From: Catajapyx aquilonaris
Lineage: Eukaryota
Length of the DNA stretch: 33,098 nucleotides
Assembly: GCA_000934665.2 (NCBI GenBank)
Contig: KZ539113.1
Location: forward strand, 1-33,098
Direction of reading: 5' to 3'
The position numbers and the translations under genes are program-made. The notes under the pieces are model-generated. The model was not told the origin of the DNA. It saw only the letters and a list, made by a program, of their open reading frames with translations, and ran no database searches. Positions 11,101 through 22,100 of the stretch are shown piece after piece. How positions within the stretch are numbered: the stretch's first letter is position 1; each line of letters starts with the position of its first letter.

Positions 11101-14100
11101 TCAGCAAATTTGTCTGGAATGGTTCTCAATGTCGATATTCAGTATATTTTAACGTATGATATTGCAAAATTAAATCAGACTAACAGTTGGCTGGTGGCAC
11201 TCGAATTTCGTTCATTTTACGACGATCTTTGTGAAAATCATTTCAGGGACTTCTATGCGAGGAAAATCTTCTCCAACACAATCATAGTGTAGACTAGAGC
11301 ATAAACTTTCAACTTTGTTGCAATTAAACACACGAGTGTGCCATGAAGGGGTGCATTCTCCTCTGAGGGAAGTGCATGATGACCTGGGGGGAGGGGGGGG
11401 GGGAGGATGTCACTGTTACTTTATAGGACTCTTGTAGTCCTGTGGGCTAAGGAAATTCTCATCATATGATAATAACTTGGTATGACTGACATGATTGTTG
11501 TTATTACAAGTTGCAAGAATGGACAATATTTGAAGAAGTATCAACGTAAAATAACATTTCACTCTGTGGCATGCTTGAGGTAGTTGAGAAATGTGTGCAG
11601 ATCATGTTAAGACTTAGGTAATTAGCTTCCTCCACCTTAAATTGATTAATGATAATTTTTCTGGAAAAGATCATGAACATTGATAATTTATATTTTTAAA
11701 TCATCTGAAGGTGAGCTGATCCTGTATTACATCTCATAAAGCGGCATTACGGTATAAGGCGAGGTCGACTGGCATGCCGGTATAACCCGGGGGATGGCCG
11801 GCATGCCGCAATAACCGAGGTAGATTTCCGTAATTTTGACCCTTGTCATTGTTTAATGAAATGCTTCTAGTACCGTCCTGAAATTATGATGAAAATAGGT
11901 GAGTGTACAGGGGTGTGAGAATACGCAAGTTCTGTTGCACAGTGCATAGTGTGTGACCTATCCCATCATCAGCCTGCTGTGAGAGGGGAAACCCTATTCC
12001 AACACAATGGATGGAGGCCAACTATCACAGTCCTTTGCGCTTTGCCTTGGTCAATAGCTCACAGGCCACAGGTCTGACGGTACAAGTTAAAACCTCGTAT
12101 CTTCGAAAATCAAGTAATTGAAGATAAATGCACCATTGCACTCCTCTTTGCAAGCCACACCTTTTGGTACAAAGCCCGTAACTGTAAGAGCAACCCGTGC
12201 AAAGTTATGGCCAATTGAAATCATGCACTTCCATATATGATAATGGAAACAAAAATCATCAAATGCAAATATCTCAAAATGGCAAAAAGCCGAGATACAG
12301 GGTTTTGACTTGGGCCGTCAGAGGTGTAGTTGATTTTACGGGATACTTCAGACGTGCGTCAGACACACTGGTAGGTATTTATGGTAAGAATAACATCAGT
12401 CATGTTTGAAAAATGAAATGGTTCATTTGAAAAAGTGAAAACCTTGCCTTATACCGGCACACCTTGCCCTATACCGGCATGCCGTTAGAGCCACCCGATA
12501 GTGCATTTTTTTAAACTGGTCGACACCGGCATGCTGCTTTATGTGAGGTAATACGGTAATAATATTGAAAGATGTATGTATATTTACATTCTGCCTCTTC
12601 ACTTGATCAGTGTGCATCAAATCAAGTTTTAAAAGGTCAGACGAATTTTACCTTTTTATTGCCAGTGTTACTTTCTTAGTAATAAGAATATCAGTCAGAA
12701 TTGTCTATATATTGGCTGCTACCAGAATTAGCAAATGGGAACTCATAAATGTGTTACAGTAAAAGGTTGCATTAATTTTTTTTAATGTATCGCAGGGCAA
12801 GTCTCTGGAGCAGCAGCAGAAAACCCTACCACAGAAACATGGCATGCAAAGCCTGGGTAAGGTGCCGTCGGCGCGGCGACCTCCTGCCAACCTTCCTAGC
12901 CTGAAATCGGAGCATTGCGGGAACGACCCCACTATCAGTTTGGTCCCAAGTGGAGGAACAGGATGGGGCAGCAAGCCAGAATCTGCCACCCCTTCGCCAG
13001 CCCAGCAGCCGACACCACCGCAGCAGCCACAACCAGGGCCAACCTCAAGCACCAATACTGCCGCCCCACAACAGCAACCTCCGGCAGCCGCCCCACAGCA
13101 GACCCCAGTGGTACCAGTGCAACCAGCACCGTCTACCACACCTCCAACCACTCAACCACCAGCACCGCCACAACCGCAGCCTCAGCTCTCCCCGGCTGGC
13201 ATCACTGTGGCCGCACCGCCAGTGGCACCAGCCTACAAGCCTCCTCCATTGATACTCCCTTCGCCAGCACCACTGCCAGACAAGTCATGGAGCAGTATAA
13301 CATCGGCGCCGACCGATCCAGCAGCACCCAGCTTTCTGGCACATCAGTCCCCGCTCTTCCAGCAGGAGTTTCCCAGCCTGGCTCAAGGTGGTGGCGAGGG
13401 TGGCGCCGGCCCTGCATCTGGAGGCGCCGCCGCTGGAAGTGGGGCAGTTTCAAAGGGCGGAGAGACCCAGTATGGACCGGGTCCAAGCTTGAGGCCTCAG
13501 ACAGAAGGGAGCTGGATCCAGGGGGGAAGCCGTGGTGCCATACCAAACATCGATGGCACCAATCGCAACTTGGTACTTCCGCCTCACCCTTCTTCGGGAG
13601 CGGCCCAGGGAGGCCAGGCACAGCAACAGTCGGCAGGACCGATGCACATGCCACCTCAGTTTCGTGGTATGATGCCACCGTACATGTACCGGGGTAACTT
13701 CCCTCCACCAGGTTCTGCTGCTGGTGGCGGCTTTCCAAATGCCCCTAATCCAGCTGCTGCTGCTGCAGCTGCAGCTTATCAAAATCAGCTGCAGATGAGG
13801 CCCCCACAGCAACGGTACCCATATCCTGACAGCCGATTGAGGCCGAAGGCCGGAGAGGATGAGGTGTTCTCAAGACCTATTATCAAGGAGGAGGACCTGA
13901 ACCGGCTTGATGATATTGTCAGAGATGATGGATGGGCTGCTACGCATGATGAGATTGACTACAAGTTAGTAAAAACCCTTCTAAATTCTAGAAAGAGCAG
14001 TAGACAAGTTGTGCGGTATTTGCCACAAGGCATTACTCTTTATTTATCTATCTATTTATTAATTTGTTCATTTATACTGTTGGATCTGTTTCTGTTGGTC

Positions 14101-16091
14101 GTAGAAATGCTTGACAATGTGTTTGTGCATTTTAACTCTCAGGGCGCCGGTTGACATACGGGTGAGAACAAGACTTTGCGAATTTTTTTACGGAACTTCG
14201 ACAATGGGTAAATGAATGGCGGTTTTCACCCTCTTCACAAGCACTATAAGTAGAACTTACATGAAAAATGTCAGTGTGTGGGAATGTCCAGTGGCCATGA
14301 TGTGGGGTCATTTGGGTGGCCACTCAGGGAGCAGCGTGAGAACAATTTCAAGAATTAATTTTAAATATTAGCTGTAACCTACATGGTTTTTATCTACATG
14401 AGTCGTGGCGTTTCAAAAATGGCTATCTTCAACTGGCTCAACTTTTCAGTTGTCACTTTTGATCCTACCATGCTCCCGAAGATAGCTACCTTCTGAAATT
14501 ACGACGATTTTCGCAGCAGCAGAATGATGTGAAGATGGTCATTTTTTGTTACTGCTGCTTCAGGAACTAATGTAGTTCCATTCTAGCCAGCAGATGGGGT
14601 GGACATCTCAAAATTCTCATTTTGAAGATAGCCATGTTTGAAACGCCACGACTCATATGTTAATAATACATATACCCGAACAGATTTTGTAAAATTTTTA
14701 CGCTTATGATAATCCATTACGTCACAATTAATTGTTTTTTGCGTCTAATTACCGTGGCCTCATTTTGGTTTGTTCTGCGCAGCCATTGGCTCTCCAGCTC
14801 TCGCACGCGATTGGCTCTTGAATATTTTCGCCTGCGCTAAGCAATCTGCGTATTTATTTACCCTGATGAATTTTAATTATTTTTATGGGTTCTAACTACC
14901 CTATCTTGATGAAATATGTTTTATGTGAAAAAGGAGATGTCAAACTAATTAAAAAAAAAAAATAAACTCAGGCAGCCAATGGCTGGTCCGCACGCTCACC
15001 AAAGATGTTGCTTACATGATGGATTCTGAGAGTTCCGCAGCGCGTTAGACGGCATTCATATTAACTAGAAGAGGCAAAGGCATCCTAGATGGAAAGACCT
15101 GGCCATTTCCTTTCTGACTCACTAGATGTCATGGGAATGGGCCTACGGAGAGTGTAGAAAAAAATTCTTAAAGTAGTCCCCACCCTTCCCGCTGGTCTTC
15201 GCTGGAAAATGGCGGCGCCGTAAGAGTTAAAGGAGCATTTTTACAATGAGTGAATTTGGCTTTTGCAGCAAGAAGCTAGCATTCAGTGATGATGAGGATG
15301 GAGAGGAGAAGGGAGATAAGTCTGACCAGCAGCGAAAGGAGCGTCACCACCATCGAGAGGACATACATGATGTGCAGGAAGGTGGACGCATGCCTCCATC
15401 AGCTTGGCAACAGCAGCAAAATCGCCAAGTCATGGCAATGAACTACCGAGGTCCTCAGCAGCCTCCACATGGGGGACCTGGGGCTCCACCACCAGGACCC
15501 ATGGGGTTCCATCCACCACCTATGCGAATGCCTACACCTCATCAGCAGGTGAGTTAATTTTATGCATGTGGTGATTATCCATAGGGAATGGCAATGATGT
15601 CCTTTTACCGTGTTTCACCTGATTCAGTGTGATTACAACATTTCAATCTGAGCTGCTCCCATGGTAATTATACTGTATATTACTAAAGCAAGTTGGTGGG
15701 CGTCCGACTGCTAATCGGGAGGTCCTGGGTTCAAGTCCCAGGGCCGTCGATCGTGACCGTGGTTTTCTGTGGTTTCCTGTGGTTTCCCACGGTCCTCCCA
15801 GGAAAATTCTGGGGTCTTTTCTGTAAATAATAGGCCACAGCCGCCCCCTTCCTTTCCTATCCTTGACCCATCCATGGGGATGTGCGGTGTTGGTGGGGGT
15901 TGTCTTGCAACCTGACCCCCTGGGGGACTGCACACAACCCCCAACATAAAGACAACGCACTTGCACCAGTGTCCCCTCCTCACAAATCCCTATCCAGATC
16001 TCTGCACCTGAGAGAAAAATGCAAAAGAAAATTCGTCAGAAAAAAATGGCACCCTCCTAAGGGAGCCAATGGCTCCAGCACGGGGTTGCAA

Positions 16092-16143
<52 letters not shown>

Positions 16144-19100
16144 TACTGTATATTTTCTTCTCTGTTGCCAGTTTTTTATCTAATTCATCTTGTATGTAAT
16201 CAGTTACATTTAAAAATAACTACACTAGATGAAAAGCAACTGTAAGATTCATGAAGTTTTAGCTAAAAACAGAATAGCACTGAAGGTAGCTTCAGTGTGT
16301 TCAGTTGTCTTGAAGCATGATTACATGGTGGCAGGTAGTTAAAATTCTCATGAAGCGGTGAACTTGTGCTCATTTTGTGCATTGCTTTGCAAACCAGATG
16401 TACATGAGTGGTGGGCGCATGATAGATGAAGAGGAGGTTGTGCGTGAGAGGGAGAGGCGCAGGCAACAGCAGAGTGATGAGGCAGCCATGGTGGTTATGC
16501 GACAGAGGCAGGAGGAGGAAAAGAGAAGGCTGGAACAGCAGGGCAAGCAGATGTATGGTGGTGGGGGTGGGAGTAACCGCATGGTGGAGGAGGATGACGT
16601 GTGGCGTGAGCGTCGCAGGCAGCAGAATGAAGAGGTAGCCCTTGCAGTGGAAAGGGCAAGGCAGAGGCGGGAAGAGGAAGAGAAGAGGTTTGAGCAGAGC
16701 AAACAGGAAGCTGCTAAGAAGCTACAGAAGCTGGAGGAGAAGCTTGGAGTCAAGGAGCCTGCCCCCAGTGCAGTGGCAGCAGCAGCTCAGGTTCAACCCA
16801 ACCCACCAACCGCTACGGAGAGCAAGGAAGCCTCCCCAGAGGAATCTGACAAGGACAAGGAAAAGGAGAGGCCAACTGAGAGGGAGGCTGGATCCAGGAA
16901 CAACAGTGAGAGCAGTGACAAGGCTACCAGGGACTTCCGGGCCAGTTTCCAGGTAAATACAAACTCAGGCTCATTGTTTAGCAGGTACTTCCTACATAAA
17001 ATGGCAGCAATGATGTCTCCTTATACCGTGTTTCACCTGAACAAACTTGATTAAAAGCTTGTTTCTGAGCTGCCTGGAACCTTGAAATTCATTACTATCA
17101 TTAACAAAATTCTGCATTGAAAAAAGGGGTAGTAATAATAGTATTTATTGACCATTGCACCCTAGATAATTTGGAGGACTTGGGAGAAAAACGTGACAAT
17201 CACCAGTGAAAAATACAAAAAGTTCTCTGCCTGATTTCCCCCCCGTGGAAACAAATGAAGCACAGCGGGTGTCCTTCTGTGTGTAGGTGTGGAGTACCTT
17301 CATGCGTATTCTCGTATATTTTCCTGCCTGTAGAGAGCACCAGTCACTAGCAGTCAGCCTGTGAGCCCACTGCCGCATGCCAGTTAACATGTTTTACACC
17401 CAAGATGTTCAATTCGTGCCAAAGCTATACTACTGATGGAGCTGCAAGTCTTGTAGGACATTCTGGACACCTCAAACAGTGACCCTGACTTCCTGAACAC
17501 TGTGATGACTGGAGACAACTTGTGGGTCGTATGCTGTTCAAATTATGTCATTTTCGTGGGAAATGAAAATTCACCGGGTGCCGATTACCCTTGGTCACTC
17601 ACAAGCTGACCGCCAGCGACCGACTCTCTCTGTAGGTGGGGAAATATTCACGAATCCTCATGAAGGTACTCCACACCTACACACAGAAAGACACCCCTAC
17701 CCCTGTGCTTCATTTGTTTCCGCGGGGGGGAAATCAGGCCGAGAACTTCTTGCGTTTTTCACTGGCAATTATCATGTTTTTCTCCCGAGCCCTTCATTTA
17801 ATACCATGTTAGATAGAGGGGGTAGTTAATTTCCCATTGGGTGTCACATGCCGGACTTTCTGCTGGATTAGATTGTAAAACGTGGACGTTTCATCAAGTC
17901 CCAAGTACCATGACCAAGGAAGGGGTTCTGGGAGGGGCGATGTAGGTGCAAGTGAAATGTCTGAGACATTCATTGGGGCTAGACGTTACATACCATTATA
18001 GCATATCCACCTGGTTATAGTGGTGTTGGAACAGTTTGAATCAGTGGTAAATTAGCTTTTCATTTGCATCTTTTTCTAATATGGTCTGGTCATGTCAATA
18101 TGTACATTTTAAAAACTCACTGTTCCAGGCGGATCGCAATTTCCCACGTGAAAAAGACCGGGAGAGGGAACGTGATCGTGAGCAGCGAGGGGAGAGGGAT
18201 CGTGAAAGGGAGTGGGAAAGGGAAAGGGAAAGGGCAGGGGAGCGTGGTGGTGAGAGGGACCGAGAGAGGGAGAGAGGAAGTGACAGCAGGACTGGAGAGC
18301 GGTTTGAGCAACCACAGTTCTCTCGCCAGTTCCAGAGCAATCTTCCCCCACGCTTCCAGAAACAAGCAGAAATTATGCAGCAGCAGAGGCAGCAGATGTT
18401 TGTGAAGCCCTCATCATCATCAAGTCAGCAAGGCAGTAGCACCACTGCAGCTTCCCCAGGTGGAGGATCTGCTTCAGGTGCCGGGACTTATGATCAGAGG
18501 TGGCTTCCCATGCACGGACCTCCATTTGTCACACAGATGCAAGGTTAGTATTTACACTATACTTGATTTTAACGAGAATAAGTGATCATTTTTAAATGCA
18601 GTGATTGGAGAATTCGTTGTATTTTCAGTCATTTACCAATTTCGCATCCTCTTTTCCGAATGTTATGGGTGCATAACAAAAAAAATGTAGCTGTAGCAGT
18701 ATGTTAAGCAACTTTTCAATTTCAAAAAACTACTGTAGTACCCAAGATTTTGCCATTTTATTAAGGGCATTAAGCTATCCTTCCTTATTCACGGCATGCA
18801 CAACTTTTGTGTTGGTCGTCTGTGACTTGGGATGCATTTACAGGACTGCCTTTGAAAGGAGTGGCGGCCCCTACAGGCAAACGTGGACGCTCTGACAGTG
18901 ATGCGTCAGGCTCTTTGGAGCCCCCTGCAGATGACAAGGATCCCCAGAAGAGACCTCAGCAGAAAGACGGGAGGCATGATGATAGGGACAGAGAAGACTT
19001 CCATGGTGGCAGCGCTCCTGAAGATAGGTTTTGGGCTACAGGAGGCAGGGATGGAAGAGGGAGTGCTTCCTCCTCCTCGGTGGCTTCTGGATACCAGGAT

Positions 19101-22100
19101 GGTTGGGGAGGTGGAAGGAGAAGCTACTATGAAGACTACAGATGTGGCTCAGAGGAAAAAGGAGACAAGCGCCATGAGTTGGAGGCATGGGGAAGGGAGT
19201 CAGATCGACGCAGAAATGACGAGTTTGACCGCCCAGTGGTAAGTTTTGATTGTGTAAGATATGCTATTGAATGTACCTGTTGTCAGGGTTTTCCACTAAC
19301 GTAGAAGCACAGTTGCATGATTGACATTTGTGTTAAATTTTATCATGAAAAGTAATGACTAGTCATTAGGTCACACATGTGTATTTGTAACAGTTTGGAA
19401 AGCATTAATTCTGGGAGTTGCATGAAAAGCACATGTCAAGGTGGAGATGCAGTTTAAAAACAGAAGAAATGATTTCCATTAGCACTGATTTTTTGTTTGT
19501 AAATGAAATTGTCCAATGGAATGCTTTAAAGCAGGGGTTCTTAACCTTTTTGGGCCTCCGCGCCCCTTTGAAGACAGTGGTCCTTGTTGCACCCCCTATA
19601 CCAGGGGTGATTGATTAAGTTCATAGTTAGACGCGCCCCTTTGAAGACAGTGGTCCTTGTTGCACCCCCTATACCAGGGGTGATTGATTAAGTTCATAGT
19701 TAGACTAAGTCCAGAGGTGCACCTTGATCGCACCCCCTGGGGTTGCGGCACCCCAGGTTAAGAACTGCTGCTTTAAAGGGACAGTCCACTATTGAGACAA
19801 GTTGGTCTCTAAAAATTGTCCCAAAAATATTTCCGACGGTGCAGTTCGTATCTCTCTCATCCGAAAGGTAACCCCAGGGTGTAAGCTGGAAGTGTTGTTT
19901 GATAACTGCATCCAGCGTATATGTGTGTGGCACTAATTATGGGTGCTCTGGGTAGCCCACTATTTCCCCCCATCCGGGCTAAGTGATGCCTTCTCTGCGA
20001 GGAAGTGTGACATTCACAATATCAGTGCTAACTCACTGGCTCGTTAAGCCTCCGTATCAGGTTGCACGCTCTCTTTTTCCATGATATTCGGTCACAGAAC
20101 AGAATCACTGGACTACGCCATCTGGAAGAACTGCGACATGTTTGAGAGTAGTAGCTAATATGTGTTAGGGCCCAGAAGATTGCTAATGGCTGTTTCAATG
20201 ACTAATTCCAATTTGAAGCACTATTGGTGTATGCCAGGCTACAACATTAGTCATTTTTGTTAAACAATTATGTGTAGCATGCACTGGCCTAGGCGAAGGA
20301 GGTGTCATTATCAGTTACTTGCTGCTAGAAAATAACGGTTAGGCCCGCACACGTCTGTTGTTTGATGTCTGGCTGCCAGGTTTTTTCTTTTCTTTTCTTA
20401 TTCTTTTTTCTTCTTATTTTTGCCATCATGTGCTGCCACTTGGTGAGCAGGAGACTATGATTTTGCGAGTCTGACCTCTCTCCCTGCGGTTACCGTTCAG
20501 ATGAGAGGAAAATGGACTGTACTGTAGGAAATCTTTTTGGGAAGATTTTTAGAGACCAACATGTCTCAATACTGGACTGTCCCTTTAAGACTAAATTCAC
20601 TCAACATCTAATTGCACGCATGAGGAGAGAGACCTGCTGGATGTGGATGTTCTGAAACATACACAATTTGCCATAGTGTGCTGTACAGTCACACACATAA
20701 TGATGGCAATGGAATGGGTCAAGAGCTCTGAGTTTACTGTAGCATTGGAGGTGTTTCTATTCCAAAGCTACTGCAGTGTTGGATGTCATTATTATGGTTT
20801 ACTCGTACTTGACCACATATGAAAGTGTGATCAGAGAGAAAACCTGTTCGAGGGAGAACTTCCTTGGACGTGACTCAGTCTGCCTCCCATCATTATGCTC
20901 ATGACTCTGCAATGAATTTTCTGACTTCAGTACCATTTGAATTTGTGGCATGACTGCTATTGAGGACACTATTTCTATATCCTGTTTAATGGAACTCAGT
21001 AGCACAGAGACTAAGGAAATTAGTGTGGTCTTTAACTTGGATTTGTTCTGGTAGCCTCCCTTGCAGCAGGATCCATTTGAGGATCGAGATGACCGGAGAA
21101 AGGACCACTCAGAAGAAAAGAAAGAGGACAAAGATGACCGCCCCCAGCGTCCTGATAGTAGGGACAGCCGCCAGTCCAGAGATTCCAGGGGGAGTAGAGA
21201 GTCAACCCATGCACCCAAAGATGATTGGGGATCTGAGAAGGTGGCACCCAAAGAAGATGGAGGTGCTGCCGCTGGGTCTACCTCATCTTGGGCAGATGCC
21301 CCTTTTGAGCCCCAGTATGAGCTCATTTCCAAGGAGACCAGCAGGAGGGATTTCTTCCGAGAAGAGAAGAGAGAGGGGAAGGTAAACCAAGTTTTAAGGA
21401 CTTAATTAGTTTAAATAATTGCCTTGATACATCATGGCCTGTAGTATAGAGGACATCATGGACATGATGGGTGAGCATGGAGGGGGATGGGGGGGGNNNN
21501 NNNNNNNNNNNNNNNNAAGAGAGGACGTTTTTGACTGAAGGAGGCGAAATTGAAATGAAGTGATAAATATCTGACAACTGTGAGTCTACGTTGATGTAAA
21601 AAGGAGAAAGTACTTTGTTACTTGATAGAGTCATGAGGGAACTTTCTAGGTTTAAAGAAATGGGACAGTTTCACTGGCATTAGAAGATGGTGCTGCTAAG
21701 ATCTGATCAAATTGATATGTCGAGCTGCCAAGTTATATATCTTTTGTTTTCAACAGCGTCTTCCACCTGGTCCGATCACCCGTGAGAAGTTGGAGGCAGC
21801 AGAGCAACGGGGTGACACCAAGAGAAGCCTCACTACTCTGAAGAGAAGCAGCAATGTGGACAAGAAATTTGATGGACAAGTTGGTGGAGGTGCTCGTGGC
21901 TTATCAGATGGAAGGAAGAGTGGAGGAGGTGGACTTTCTTTGTCTTCCTTAGATACGAAGGAGAATGTGTGGGCCAGTAGGTCATCCAAAAATGAGGAGC
22001 TGCAGAGGTCAAGGTTGCAAGAAACTAAGGCTGTGGAAGTCAAGGATACTACTGCCAAATTGTCCCCATTGCCACCTGCAAGTGGCCCATCTTCAGAAGA

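Noticed and set aside
7234..19704. Direct repeats (76-bp at 7234/7326; 73-bp at 19559/19632) as CRISPR-like arrays
   Set aside because: Two-copy tandem duplications inside eukaryotic transposons, with no repeat-spacer array.
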